51,736 nt of DNA from Thermoplasmatota archaeon (GCA_036154175.1 JAYZLO010000047.1:1-51736); one strand, 5' to 3'; positions 1-10,428 are shown, counted from the stretch's first letter. Notes: a model not told the origin generated them from the sequence alone. Numbers and translations: made by a program.

Positions 1-1
1 C

Positions 2-274
2 CCTCACTGGCTGATATGGGTCGCATACCTCTCAATCGGCCCCGGTCTTTTCGGTCACACCGGGATTAATACCGTTTTACGGTGGATTCCACCCATCGTC
101 GTATCTATCGCATTACTACTGGAACCGGTCATTGGAGCAGTGATCGGGTGGCTTTGGACTGACGATGTTATCATTGGGGGGCCAACTGTCATCGGTGGAG
201 TAATGATGATTGCCGGGGCCATCGCTGTCACCCTTCAGGAGAATGGCAATACTGAGGGGGAATCGGTTTCTTAA
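2..274 (+). CDS. 3' end of an EamA/DMT-family transporter gene (5' part lies outside the window)
   Basis: Frame 2 is open from the window edge to TAA 272-274. The translation ...LLLEPVIGAVIGWLWTDDVIIGGPTVIGGVMMIAGAIAVTLQ... is hydrophobic and resembles the last helices of EamA-type carriers. It is absent from the ORF track because no start codon lies in the window. Confidence 0.5.
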   Translation, partial: PHWLIWVAYLSIGPGLFGHTGINTVLRWIPPIVVSIALLLEPVIGAVIGWLWTDDVIIGGPTVIGGVMMIAGAIAVTLQENGNTEGESVS

Positions 275-295
275 CGGATTCAGCGTGCGGCAACC

Positions 296-1219
296 ATGCC
301 ACTATTCCCAATACTCCTGACAAATGACGACGGAATCAATTCTCCAGGACTACAGGACCTGGCTAAATCCCTGCATGCGAAGGGTCACCCTCTGGCTGTG
401 CTAGCACCTCTCACAGAGCAATCGGCGGTAGGCATGAAACTAACTCTCCGAGATGACATGGCGTTCGAAGAGCACCATGAAATCGCTGATAGAATCAGGG
501 TAGACGCAGATGTCCCTCTCAGGATATTCTCCCTCGACGGGTCTCCCTGCGACTGCGTAATCGTTGCCTTAGACGGTGGGATGAGGGCATGGGCTCCAGA
601 GATAGAGCCTTGGCTGTGCATTTCAGGAATTAACAGAGGCCCAAACCTATCAGTGGACGTACTTCATTCAGGGACCGTCTCCGCAGCCCGAGAGGCCTCC
701 CTCTATGGGCTCCCGTCTTTATCCGTTAGTCTGGCTACCTATTCCCACCAAAACTACTCTGATTCAATAGAAGCAACTCTTAGTCTGGTAGACCGCCTTT
801 CTGAGGTCTTGGAGAGGCCTAGAAACATCCTTAGGCCCGAAGGGTCAAGAATAATACCGCCAAAAGGAACAGATTCAGACAATATCCAGGCTTGGTTCCT
901 CCAGGGAAATCTATTCCTAAATCTGAACATACCAGAGGTCTGGGGGGGGTCTTTGCAAACTGTTCCTCTCGGAGCTAGATGGTACTACAATGCTACTGAC
1001 ATGTTAGACAAGGACTCAGCAGGTGTCGCTTTCGAGGTAGGCGCAGCCAGAATAGTGGAAGAGGATATCGAAATGACTGATTGTAACGCAGTCGGAAGCG
1101 GCATAGCGTCGATAACGCCCCTAGCAAGCTGGCCTCAGAATCACCCATTAGCCGTACCAGATGAAGTCCTAGCTGCCTCTATACAGATGGGGGCCGACGG
1201 ACTCCCTTCTTGGCTCTAG
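296..1219 (+). CDS. surE: 5'/3'-nucleotidase SurE
   Basis: The N-terminus ILLTNDDGINSPGLQDLAKSL matches the SurE signature (LLxNDDG). GINRGPNLS and HSGTVSAAREA motifs are also present. Confidence 0.9.
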   Translation: MPLFPILLTNDDGINSPGLQDLAKSLHAKGHPLAVLAPLTEQSAVGMKLTLRDDMAFEEHHEIADRIRVDADVPLRIFSLDGSPCDCVIVALDGGMRAWAPEIEPWLCISGINRGPNLSVDVLHSGTVSAAREASLYGLPSLSVSLATYSHQNYSDSIEATLSLVDRLSEVLERPRNILRPEGSRIIPPKGTDSDNIQAWFLQGNLFLNLNIPEVWGGSLQTVPLGARWYYNATDMLDKDSAGVAFEVGAARIVEEDIEMTDCNAVGSGIASITPLASWPQNHPLAVPDEVLAASIQMGADGLPSWL

Positions 1220-1830
1220 ATCTTGTTGTCTAGTAGATGATGCAGAATGGAAATACAGGAATGGCCCTGCAACCATCTTTCCCCCAATGAGAAAGACAGC
1301 TCCCCAACAAGAACTTCCCAGTCGGATTCGGTTAGTGGTGAATCATCTGAAAGAACGAAGCCTACTTTACCATTAGGCAGCTTTTTGGAATTTCCAGCTT
1401 GATCCAGAACCACGGGCACCACTCCTCTATCCTTCCACTCTGATAATGTATGACTCATATTTCCTCCAGAGTGTAGAATGCCCTTAGAAAACTCAACAAA
1501 CCTGCCTATAGGGGGAGTTGGATGTTTGATGATGGCCTTAATCTGGCCTGCAATCGATCTCTCATCCGGCCTAACCCCCCTCAAGTCGGAACCATTGAAC
1601 CAAACTCTTCTATGCGGCTCCCCACTACCTTGAAGATGGAGAATTATGTGACTATCGTTCCTTATGCCATGTGATACGAACAGAGCTGTGTTTACGGCCC
1701 TTGCCAGGACGTCTACTCTCCCTCCCGAACCAGCCAGATCATTAAGATTCAAAGTCCCGATACTAGGCGCCTTGTGCCCAATTATCGCGAACCATCTCTC
1801 CAGATGATCACCCCAGATCGAGCTCTTCAT
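1216..1830 (-). CDS. trmY: tRNA (pseudouridine54-N1)-methyltransferase TrmY (SPOUT, DUF358)
   Basis: LNDLAGSGGRVDVLARAVNTALFVSHGIRND...LRGVRPDERSIAGQIK matches the archaeal TrmY pattern. Its ATG lies 23 nt inside the end of srp54. Confidence 0.8.
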   Translation of the reverse strand: MKSSIWGDHLERWFAIIGHKAPSIGTLNLNDLAGSGGRVDVLARAVNTALFVSHGIRNDSHIILHLQGSGEPHRRVWFNGSDLRGVRPDERSIAGQIKAIIKHPTPPIGRFVEFSKGILHSGGNMSHTLSEWKDRGVVPVVLDQAGNSKKLPNGKVGFVLSDDSPLTESDWEVLVGELSFSLGERWLQGHSCISILHHLLDNKI

Positions 1831-3226
1831 CGAGCCCCATCATAGATTGCATCTGACGCCTCATCTTCCGATCCCCTCTGAATCCACGCATCATCTTCTT
1901 ACTCTTGTTCCATTGATTTAGTAATTCCTTCACTTCCTTCTCCTCACAACCAGATCCTCTCGCGATTCTCCTAATCCTACTGGACTTCAGTAGCAGAGGA
2001 TCGTCTTTCTCCTCCTGCGTCATTGAGTCCATAACTATCCTGTATTTGTCCAGATTTGACTGCATTTGCCTTTTCTGAGCTACACTCATGTTACCCATCC
2101 CGCCAAACATGGTATCGGGTAGGTGTGAAAGTACCTTGTCCAGTGTGCCGATTTTACTCATCATCTCCATTTGGGCGTACATATCAGTAAGTGTGAACCT
2201 TCCAGACATAAGCCTCTTGGTCAATCTCAATGCTTCCTCTTCGTCAAGATCCTCTGGAGCCAAATCAATTAGCCCCTTGATGTCGCCCATCCCCAACAAT
2301 CTAGAAATGAAACGATCAGACTCGAACTTCTCCAAGTCGCTAATCTTCTCTCCCTCTCCGACAAAAACGATTGGGGCTCCAGTAGTGGCTACAGCACTAA
2401 GTGCCCCACCTCCCCTTGCCGTTCCGTCAAGTTTTGTTACAATCGTACCTGTCACTCCAACTAGCTGATGGAATGTTTCAGCCATAGGTCCTGCAGCTTG
2501 ACCAACCTGCGCATCGATCACCAGGAACCTCTCTGAGGCATTTGCTACATCTGCGATTTCAATTAGCTCATCCTTAAGTTCCCCATCCAGACTATCCCTT
2601 CCAGCAGTATCGATGATGACTATATCTGCAGTGCCTACCTTTCTCAGCCCATTTCTGACTATCTCAGAGGCCGAGGTGTTCCCGGGCTCACCATAAACTT
2701 CTATGCTGGTTCCTTCAAGCATCTGGCTGAGTTGCTCAAATGCTCCTGGCCTGTGTACGTCCGCCTCAATGACTGCTACCTTCGCACTGTGTTTCCTCCT
2801 CCACCACTCTGCAAGCTTTGCCGTAGTCGTCGTTTTTCCTTGACCGTATAGCCCTACCATCAAAACTGTCTGGTTATGTGGTCTAATCTGACGTGCTGGC
2901 CCGAGAATCCTTACTAGCTCCAAATAAACAAGACTCATGGCATGGGTGTCTAGTTTTACGCCCGGGCGAGGCTCTTCCTCCAACATCCGCCTCTCTATCC
3001 TCTCCGTCAGCTCCTTTGCCTGACGAACATTGAAGTCAGCCTCCAATAGGGCCCTCCTGAGAGATTTACTAAGCTCCTTGATTGTCTCCTCGTCAACCTT
3101 CCTCTTCCCCCTAAGAAGGCCAATCGACCCGAGTACCTTCCGCTTGAAGCCCTCTAGTGCCACGAGTTCCGAAAACAAACGTGTGGTTTGAACGTTGTCA
3201 GGGCAACTAGCATAGACCAATCCCAT
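1808..3226 (-). CDS. srp54: Signal recognition particle protein SRP54
   Basis: SRP GTPase motifs are present: GLYGQGKTTTTAKLA, IIDTAGR, TKLDGTARGGGALS. The C-terminal M-domain is Met-rich. The exact start is uncertain because the N-terminal 15 aa are not SRP54-like. Confidence 0.95.
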   Translation of the reverse strand: MGLVYASCPDNVQTTRLFSELVALEGFKRKVLGSIGLLRGKRKVDEETIKELSKSLRRALLEADFNVRQAKELTERIERRMLEEEPRPGVKLDTHAMSLVYLELVRILGPARQIRPHNQTVLMVGLYGQGKTTTTAKLAEWWRRKHSAKVAVIEADVHRPGAFEQLSQMLEGTSIEVYGEPGNTSASEIVRNGLRKVGTADIVIIDTAGRDSLDGELKDELIEIADVANASERFLVIDAQVGQAAGPMAETFHQLVGVTGTIVTKLDGTARGGGALSAVATTGAPIVFVGEGEKISDLEKFESDRFISRLLGMGDIKGLIDLAPEDLDEEEALRLTKRLMSGRFTLTDMYAQMEMMSKIGTLDKVLSHLPDTMFGGMGNMSVAQKRQMQSNLDKYRIVMDSMTQEEKDDPLLLKSSRIRRIARGSGCEEKEVKELLNQWNKSKKMMRGFRGDRKMRRQMQSMMGLDEELDLG

Positions 3227-3267
3227 TTCTTGCGCTGGACTGAAAGGCAGACCTTCATGCGCTAATC

Positions 3268-4062
3268 ATGGCCGAAGCCCCCATAGATATGTGGGAAATG
3301 CAGCTAGCGTTCGCCATAGGGCTGCTAGGGATATATGCTGGATGGAGAGGAACAATTGCCAAAATGACTGGTTTTTATGATTTGTCAGGTGCAGTAAAAA
3401 CCCTACTTTTTGGAATTTTGGCCGGTGTTCTTGCTGCTTCGGCTATCGATAATATGATTCTTGTGAATATCCGCTCTTCATCTCAGAATATTTTTGCTCT
3501 TAGCGCAGTAGCTATCGTGATCGCACTGGCGGAGTCTTCTTTCGCACTCCTCGTACTAGGGAGGTCACGGACTGTGGGTCTGCGAGCCTCTGCACCATAT
3601 GGTTGGACTCTAGGTTTGGGGTTCGGAGCTATGCGATCATCTCATCTGAATGTTAGGTTATTCGACGACAGTACTTGGGGTGGGATAACTGGATTCGAGT
3701 TTCAGAACATATTGTTAGCTTTCATCATTACAATTACTACATGCATAGGGCACGCTTCCATAGCTACATGGCAGGGTTCAAAGATTGTAGAGAATGTCAG
3801 AATCCGAACCCTCCCGGGCAGCACCATGTTAAGGGCCACATTGATCATGGCCTCAGTTATGGCTATATTCTACCCCCCAACTATAGCATTAATCTTGCCA
3901 ATTGTGGTCTGGTCATGGTTCCCCGCGCATGAATCATGGCTACCATCGGGACTCACCCCTGCGGCTAAGCAAGCATTCCGAAGGACGATTCGGCAGTCTG
4001 AAAATATCAAGTCGATGTCAAAGTCACGAATTAGGGGGAAATTACTCGAATCAGAGGAATAA
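3268..4062 (+). CDS. Polytopic membrane protein, function unknown
   Basis: 264-aa ORF with about 7 hydrophobic segments and a basic C-terminal tail. It is divergent from srp54. I recognise no family motif. Confidence 0.55.
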   Translation: MAEAPIDMWEMQLAFAIGLLGIYAGWRGTIAKMTGFYDLSGAVKTLLFGILAGVLAASAIDNMILVNIRSSSQNIFALSAVAIVIALAESSFALLVLGRSRTVGLRASAPYGWTLGLGFGAMRSSHLNVRLFDDSTWGGITGFEFQNILLAFIITITTCIGHASIATWQGSKIVENVRIRTLPGSTMLRATLIMASVMAIFYPPTIALILPIVVWSWFPAHESWLPSGLTPAAKQAFRRTIRQSENIKSMSKSRIRGKLLESEE

Positions 4063-4139
4063 GCCCAAAAATACCCCTTTTTTGCATTTTTACATTCTTG
4101 GCGCAGGATTATATCCAATCTACCGATTCATGTGTTTGA

Positions 4140-5564
4140 ATGCGAGTAATTATCGCAGGGGCCGGTGAAGTCGGTCGTGGGGTCGCGGCTGCACTGAGAG
4201 GGGAAAAAAGGGGTGTTGCCCTGATAGATCCAGATCCCAGTGCTATTAGCGATTCACAGTCTTTGGACTGTCTCCTGATTACAGGGGACGCACTTTCAAG
4301 AGAATCCCTAGTCAGAGCTGGAATTAGCGATGCAGAGATTATTGTCTTTGCTACAAATGACGACCATATCAACATCCTAGGATGCGCCTTTGCCAAGAGG
4401 GTGTTTAGCGAGCAGGTCGGGGATAGAACAGCATCAGGGCTAATTACAATTGCAAATATTAGAAATTCGGAGATTACCGAACCATCTAGAGGAGCTGGCC
4501 CATTAGAGAATTGGGCTAGGACTAACTTCGTAGTCTCCCCATCTAAGGATGTCGTTGATCAGCTAATTTCAGGCTTGGTCGCACCTTCTCTGGCGGATGT
4601 AATACCGTTGGGAGAGAATGCTTGGATTGTAGTCTCTAGCGTTTCTGTTGAATCACCAATCATCGGTTCTACTGTCTCAGACGTTAATTCAGAAGCGGGA
4701 AAGGATTCCAATCATCCTAGAATAATAGCTCTAACTGCACCTGACAAAAGGGGCAGGATAGTCTCTGGAAATGAGATTATCCAAGAAGGAGACATGCTTG
4801 TCTTCGTTACTAGCTCCACTTATTCATTCAATGAAATAGCTAGAATTGTCGGAGACTCAATCTCAGATTTACCCGAGAAGCCATCCGTTGCGATATTTGG
4901 AGCTACTGACTTTGGAAGTAGCCTAGCCGAGCACTACCTAAAGAGGGGCTCCAACGTCGTCATAATCGAACCCGACCTAGATGCTGCAAATTCAGTAGTT
5001 GGTTCTAGGATAGGTGTGAATAAGAGATTAGATGTCATTCATGGGGACCCACAAGACGAAGATCTCCTAAGGGAATTGGCAGTCGAGGACCATGATATTG
5101 CAATTTCTACTCTTAGTGACGATAACCTCAACATATCTATTTCAATGCGAACCTTTGACAAAGGCGTCTCAAGAACCGGTTTGATTCTTAAAGATCGAGC
5201 TCTGGTGGAGGCTATTCAGAGGATAGGTCTCAGGCCCGTAAGTAAAAGAAGAGTTGCTGTGAAATCAATTCTGAAAGCAATCCACATGCATGTTCCGGGA
5301 CTATATGAGCCAATACCAAGAATTCCCTCGCTAGTTTCCATGTCCGCAGAAATGGGTTCTGGAAATAGGATTCTCGGGAAGGAACTTGACGAAGCAGAGG
5401 AGATCATTGGTGCAAATCTTGTTATGCTAGAGAGAATGGATGATGACGGGGTCTTTCAGAGAATATCTGAGGATAACATAGGCCCATTGCAAGAGGGAGA
5501 TAGGATATACCTTATTCTGGAGATCAATGATGTAGGCAAGGCCGAGGAATCTCTACGGAGCTAG
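4140..5564 (+). CDS. trkA: Trk potassium uptake system, NAD-binding subunit TrkA
   Basis: N-terminal Rossmann motif IIAGAGEVGRGVA and a second Rossmann-like half (VAIFGATDFGSSLA). The length fits a two-repeat TrkA. Its stop is 1 nt upstream of trkH. Confidence 0.88.
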   Translation: MRVIIAGAGEVGRGVAAALRGEKRGVALIDPDPSAISDSQSLDCLLITGDALSRESLVRAGISDAEIIVFATNDDHINILGCAFAKRVFSEQVGDRTASGLITIANIRNSEITEPSRGAGPLENWARTNFVVSPSKDVVDQLISGLVAPSLADVIPLGENAWIVVSSVSVESPIIGSTVSDVNSEAGKDSNHPRIIALTAPDKRGRIVSGNEIIQEGDMLVFVTSSTYSFNEIARIVGDSISDLPEKPSVAIFGATDFGSSLAEHYLKRGSNVVIIEPDLDAANSVVGSRIGVNKRLDVIHGDPQDEDLLRELAVEDHDIAISTLSDDNLNISISMRTFDKGVSRTGLILKDRALVEAIQRIGLRPVSKRRVAVKSILKAIHMHVPGLYEPIPRIPSLVSMSAEMGSGNRILGKELDEAEEIIGANLVMLERMDDDGVFQRISEDNIGPLQEGDRIYLILEINDVGKAEESLRS

Positions 5565-5565
5565 T

Positions 5566-7149
5566 ATGCGTTGGGACGTAGTGAGCCTGGTTCTGGGCTG
5601 GACAATTGGTTTGATCTCCATTCCACTAGTATTTGTTGGATTGTACAGTTGTTATGATGAGGGGATAGAACCAGCAATACGAACATTTGCAATCCCATTG
5701 TCCGCTTCATTGCTTTCAGCATACCTTCTAGTAATTCGTTCTGGGGTTTCAGATGCATCTTCTAGGGTCAGAGACCGTGAGGCTTTCGCTTCTGTGGCAT
5801 TAGGTTGGATTCCGGTCGTTATCGTTGGAGCTATGCCCTTCTGGTTTGGTGGTATGTTCCACGGACCATTCGCAAATTACTGGATTAATGGTGAGGAATC
5901 GTCATTGGACCAGATGATGTACGGTATTCTCCATTCGTGGTTCGAATCTATGTCGGGATTCACAACTACCGGAGCATCTCTAGTTGACCAGTCAACTAGT
6001 CCGGTTTGCTCTGGTGAATTCGAGAGAGATTGCCTGGGAAGTCAGAGGAAGAGCCTCATACTATGGAGGTCAATCTCTCAGTGGATTGGCGGAATGGGAG
6101 TAATTATGTTGGGTCTTCTGATTTTCTCTAGAGCTCTTGGAGGAGGGATGGCACTAGCTAGAGCTGAGTTGACGGGGCCATCCGTGTCTAACTTGGGTAC
6201 TACGCTTGAAAGTACTGCTAGGAAGCTATGGGGAATTTATGTCGGCCTCACTTTGCTGCAGGCCGCTTTACTTCTTCAATTCACGAAGATGGGGGCATTC
6301 GATTCGATCAATTATGCCCTAACTACCATGCCATCGGGAGGTTTCGGAACCACAGACGAAGGAATTATGCATTTTGATGACGTTTTGATAGAGTCAATAA
6401 TTATGGTATTTATGCTGTTAACCTGCATCAATTTCAGTCTGCTATATTTTGCTTTCTCTGGGAGATCAAATGAGATTTGGAAGGATGAAGAGTTGAGGAC
6501 TTATCTGTTAATTATCTTCATCGCGATGTTCGCTATGTCAGTCAATATCTACAGGACTGACTCGTTAGATTACGGATTATTCGAGTCAATTAGGCACTCA
6601 TCATTTCAGGCCATTTCAATTTCAAGTACCGGCTATTCTAGTTCCGATTTCTCTAATTGGCCTGTTTTCAGCCAGTTCGTCCTACTCCTTCTGATGATTG
6701 TAGGTGCTAGCGCCGGATCAACCGGAGGGGGGCTCAAGGTCCTTCGAATCAGGATTGCCTTTGAATTGGCTAAGCGTGAGGTAATGAAAATTATCCAGCC
6801 TAGGAAGGTGGTAGCAATAAGATTCAATGGTTCTGTAGTAGATGAACAGAGAATATGGATTATCCTAGGAATGGTTAGTTCATGGATGGTTTTGGTCACA
6901 GCATCTATGCTGACAATTTCTTTCCTCGAGCCTTCTCTTTCCATGAAAGACGTCCTCTCAGTTTCTATTTCTCTTCTCGGAAATACCGGACCAGCTCTTG
7001 GCGACTTCGGACCAGAAGGTGCAGCCGCAACATGGGCTGGTATGAGCGTTCCTTCCCTATTGGCGTCTACGATACTGATGTGGCTCGGCCGTCTTGAGCT
7101 CCTCACTGTCCTAGTACTGCTCCATCCAAGGACATGGGAGTCCGACTAG
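5566..7149 (+). CDS. trkH: Trk potassium uptake system, membrane subunit TrkH
   Basis: Selectivity-filter-like repeats MSGFTTTGAS, SGGFGT, SSTGYS and GSTGGGLKV lie in a polytopic 527-aa protein. Confidence 0.9.
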   Translation: MRWDVVSLVLGWTIGLISIPLVFVGLYSCYDEGIEPAIRTFAIPLSASLLSAYLLVIRSGVSDASSRVRDREAFASVALGWIPVVIVGAMPFWFGGMFHGPFANYWINGEESSLDQMMYGILHSWFESMSGFTTTGASLVDQSTSPVCSGEFERDCLGSQRKSLILWRSISQWIGGMGVIMLGLLIFSRALGGGMALARAELTGPSVSNLGTTLESTARKLWGIYVGLTLLQAALLLQFTKMGAFDSINYALTTMPSGGFGTTDEGIMHFDDVLIESIIMVFMLLTCINFSLLYFAFSGRSNEIWKDEELRTYLLIIFIAMFAMSVNIYRTDSLDYGLFESIRHSSFQAISISSTGYSSSDFSNWPVFSQFVLLLLMIVGASAGSTGGGLKVLRIRIAFELAKREVMKIIQPRKVVAIRFNGSVVDEQRIWIILGMVSSWMVLVTASMLTISFLEPSLSMKDVLSVSISLLGNTGPALGDFGPEGAAATWAGMSVPSLLASTILMWLGRLELLTVLVLLHPRTWESD

Positions 7150-8672
7150 CCGAACTTATCTAACGTGGACTGTGAAGGGTCAGATTCATGATCCGGCACC
7201 ACTCCTTCTGCGCTCTTGACCTTCCTAATTTCCCAACTAGGGCTATCCGCCGCTAGTTCGTCAAAAGACTCCACGATAATCTTGGATTCTTTACTACTCT
7301 TGGGTAGGCCGTGTAAAGCCAGATGGTCATCTGCCGTTAATCCAATCCTTTTTGCAATGGTAAAATCGCGACTAGAACCACCTAGACTACTATCGTGAAT
7401 GGCAAGAAGATGAGGCCAGATATCTTCTCTGACCGAGGATTTGCTGGAACCTAGAGATTCGGCAATTCTTGCAATCAAATCTCCCTTTCTCCAAACCTCT
7501 CCGCCCCTTCTTAGAAAGTCAGGGAAACTGATGTAGATCTTGCCATCACCTTTCATGGGTGAGTAGGCTACTGCTGCCTGAGCTGGTATTGCCGACCCCC
7601 AGTACCAAGATCTGAAAGCACGATTGGAGTACTTTGTCGCCAAATAAGAATCAGAGCAACTCATCGCTTCTGAGATCTTTGCCAAGCCCGTCTGACTCAT
7701 TATTGATTGGTTGTTCCATGCAAACCATGCAATCATTTCGTCCGGATCCTTGTCTGAATTTCGGAGAACCCTCAAAGCGTCAGAACCCGAAGTCTCCGAA
7801 TACACTTTTTTTAGGGAATTGAACACATTGATTTGGGAATCCCTTGCAACTGCATCCTTCAATTCTCTTACTTCCTCCATCCCAATGTGGCCATCGCTTG
7901 AACTAGACAATGACTGCAGATCTTTTACGAGAGCACGAATATCGCCAGGATTCTGCTGAACCAGTGAATCTAGTGAACCAGGATCAATGCCAATCTCCTC
8001 GGAATCGAGAATCCTATCTGCAATTTTCCTAAGGTCTACATTACTGGCTCTGTCGAAGACTATATTTTCTGACATCCTTAGTACTCTGTCTCTATTAGCT
8101 CTCCAGCTCCTCCCGCTCCCCCACAGGCGCATCAGGTCATTACAAGTCATAATTACAGGTTGATGAGTATTTTTGAGTAGGTTAAGCAGCTCCGCCTTTC
8201 CTCCAGAGTCGCCCTTCAGAGAACCTCCCTCTTCCGAGGAATCCATGGTCCTTTCGATTCGATCTTCTGAAACCTTTGCGAACCCGCCACTAAGATGGTC
8301 AACTTCATCGAGTAGAATCACCGTTCTATTCGCTGATTGAGACGTATTCCCTTTCGAGAATTGGTCAAGAGAAACGTGCTGGGATCCCCTGGTGGCAGAG
8401 CTCCTAATTGCAGCCGCATTCCTCTGTTCGGAAGCATTTAGTTCCACTATTGTCCAACCCATCTCTTCGGCTATGGCGTAAGCAAGAGTGGTTTTGCCGA
8501 CTCCAGGCGGCCCGGATAGTAGCAAACCTCTCTTTTTTGGCCTGTCAATGGATGACCAGCTCTCAAGCCAACTCCTTACCCTCCTAATCTTGCTTTCGTT
8601 TCCTTGTAAATCTGAAACCGATTTCGGACGGTATCTCTCGGTCCAATCTAGTGGGACACTATCTCTCGGCAT
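7146..8672 (-). CDS. rfcL: Replication factor C large subunit
   Basis: WTERYRPKSVSDLQGN N-terminus, Walker A GPPGVGKTTLAYAIA and Walker B ILLDEVDHL. The roughly 500-aa size is typical of the archaeal RFC large subunit. Confidence 0.9.
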   Translation of the reverse strand: MPRDSVPLDWTERYRPKSVSDLQGNESKIRRVRSWLESWSSIDRPKKRGLLLSGPPGVGKTTLAYAIAEEMGWTIVELNASEQRNAAAIRSSATRGSQHVSLDQFSKGNTSQSANRTVILLDEVDHLSGGFAKVSEDRIERTMDSSEEGGSLKGDSGGKAELLNLLKNTHQPVIMTCNDLMRLWGSGRSWRANRDRVLRMSENIVFDRASNVDLRKIADRILDSEEIGIDPGSLDSLVQQNPGDIRALVKDLQSLSSSSDGHIGMEEVRELKDAVARDSQINVFNSLKKVYSETSGSDALRVLRNSDKDPDEMIAWFAWNNQSIMSQTGLAKISEAMSCSDSYLATKYSNRAFRSWYWGSAIPAQAAVAYSPMKGDGKIYISFPDFLRRGGEVWRKGDLIARIAESLGSSKSSVREDIWPHLLAIHDSSLGGSSRDFTIAKRIGLTADDHLALHGLPKSSKESKIIVESFDELAADSPSWEIRKVKSAEGVVPDHESDPSQSTLDKFG

Positions 8673-8709
8673 GGAATCAAATATCTTCGGCGACTATTGA
8701 AGATTGGTA

Positions 8710-10428
8710 CTAGAACAAGGTCCCTAAAGAATTTGAATAGAGCGTTTGGATAAGCGAATCTACTCCTACTCTAATCTGCTTCTGATCATCCCTTCTCCGG
8801 ATGGTCACAGTCTTGTCCTTCAGTGACTGATGGTCTATTGTAGCGGCCCATGGGGTTCCAATCTCGTCTGCCCTAGCATACCTCCTCCCAATCGATCCGC
8901 TGGTGTCTAAATTTGCAATTATCCCAGTCTCGGATTTTATCGAACTGAAAATCTCTCTCGCCATCACGTCCATGCCATCTTTGTCGAATAAAGGAAATAT
9001 TGCAATATCGTAGGGCGAAACAGACGGACTAAGTGAAAGAATGGCGTAACTCTCACCTTCTTTTTCCATCTCCAAGAAATTATGATCCAAAATGTGCCAA
9101 ATTATCCTATCGATACCGAATGCAGGCTCGATAACGTGAGGGGTGAAGTACTCTCCATTGATTACAATATTCTCAGAACTTCTCTGAACCATTGTTTCCT
9201 CAATTACGAATCTCTTGCCATCACTAAGCTCTAGTTCGAATGGAAAACTCTCCGGCATCTCCTGGAGGTCAGAGATTGCGGATGAAACATCCGCGGCCCT
9301 TTCTCTAAATTCAGGCCCAATTACTGATCCCACTGGCTTTATGGCTTCTCTTTCCTCTCTAATTGGAGTATCATATTCCCTCCACCCCCTCAAGAGCTTA
9401 GATCCAGATTTTTCCTGATGAGATTCGAGGTCGTGACAGGTTCTATTTGCAATCCCGACAGCTTCAATCCACCCATGTTCCCCCAGTAGTTCACAATCCC
9501 AACAGTCTGATGCATAGTGGGCCATTTCGCTATTAGCATGCTGACGAAATCTAATCTTCCTCAAGTCCACGCCAACCTTTTCCAAGAATTCTACGGTCAT
9601 CCCAAGGAACCATGCGACTGTAGGGTGTTTCACAATGCCCGTTTCAAAAGCTTCTTTGATTTTGAGAATTTTTTCGCCGGCCTGATCCCCTTCTGGGTCC
9701 GGAATCATACAAACTTCCCACTGCCATTTACCTAGATCTGTGGAAGGGGGCAGTTCAGGATCGATGAAGAACTCCAACTCGGCCATATTGAACTCCCTCA
9801 GTCTAATCATGCCCTGTCGAGGGCTAATTTCATTCCTGTACCCCTTCCCCGTTTGAATCGCTCCAAAAGGCATCTTCTGCCTGAAGTGCCTGTACAGTGC
9901 AGGAAATAGCATGAACATTCCCTGTGCTGTTTCTGGCCTCATATATGCAGTCCTAGACCCTCCCATCGCGCCAATGCTGGTTTTGAACATCAGATTCATC
10001 GGGACCGCCTCTTTCCAATCAGACTCTCCACATCTAGAACACTTGATTCTGTGATCAGAAATCAATCTGTCCAACTCAATAGCTTCCAGATTTTCAGGAC
10101 TGTGATGGAGGCCATCTAGTAAGTGGTCGCTTCTGAAGATACTGCCGCATGATCTGCATTCTGACATCTTGTCATTGAATTCTCCAACATGTCCGCTCGC
10201 AATAAGTACTGACTCTGGAGTAATTGTGGGGGAGTCAACCTCCACTATGTTGGGAATTGAAAGCCAATGCTTGATCCAAGTGTCCATCACTCTTCTTTTG
10301 ATTGTAGCTCCAACTGGACCGTAGTCTACCAGGCCAGAAACCCCGCCATACAACTCAAAAGATGGCAGAACAATCCCCCTCCTTCTCAGGAGAGATGTCA
10401 GTCTTGACATTCTTTGCTTGTCAACCAT
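8710..10428 (-). CDS. glyS: Glycine--tRNA ligase (archaeal/eukaryal class II type)
   Basis: RRGIVLPSFELYGGVSGLVDYGPVG, RPETAQGMF and GKGYRNEISPR motifs. The ORF track starts at a TTG (10446). ATG 10428 or 10410 fits the usual N-terminus better. Confidence 0.93.
   Translation of the reverse strand: MVDKQRMSRLTSLLRRRGIVLPSFELYGGVSGLVDYGPVGATIKRRVMDTWIKHWLSIPNIVEVDSPTITPESVLIASGHVGEFNDKMSECRSCGSIFRSDHLLDGLHHSPENLEAIELDRLISDHRIKCSRCGESDWKEAVPMNLMFKTSIGAMGGSRTAYMRPETAQGMFMLFPALYRHFRQKMPFGAIQTGKGYRNEISPRQGMIRLREFNMAELEFFIDPELPPSTDLGKWQWEVCMIPDPEGDQAGEKILKIKEAFETGIVKHPTVAWFLGMTVEFLEKVGVDLRKIRFRQHANSEMAHYASDCWDCELLGEHGWIEAVGIANRTCHDLESHQEKSGSKLLRGWREYDTPIREEREAIKPVGSVIGPEFRERAADVSSAISDLQEMPESFPFELELSDGKRFVIEETMVQRSSENIVINGEYFTPHVIEPAFGIDRIIWHILDHNFLEMEKEGESYAILSLSPSVSPYDIAIFPLFDKDGMDVMAREIFSSIKSETGIIANLDTSGSIGRRYARADEIGTPWAATIDHQSLKDKTVTIRRRDDQKQIRVGVDSLIQTLYSNSLGTLF

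Noticed and set aside
942-949. G8 homopolymer inside surE, as a possible slippage/phase-variation site or assembly frameshift
   Set aside because: The reading frame is intact across it and the SurE-like sequence continues on both sides. One homopolymer is not evidence of phase variation.
3675-4396. A stack of 82-95-aa ORFs in alternative frames around the end of the 3268-4062 membrane gene and the start of trkA
   Set aside because: They overlap better-supported genes (the polytopic membrane protein and TrkA with its Rossmann motif), have odd composition (His/Arg/Cys-rich) and show no motifs.
5925-5960. GGTTCGAATCT, a tRNA T-loop-like string
   Set aside because: It lies inside the conserved TrkH segment SWFESMSGFTTTGAS. 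The flanking bases give only a wobble-rich 5-bp stem and no acceptor or anticodon arms that I could fold. It is a coincidental match.
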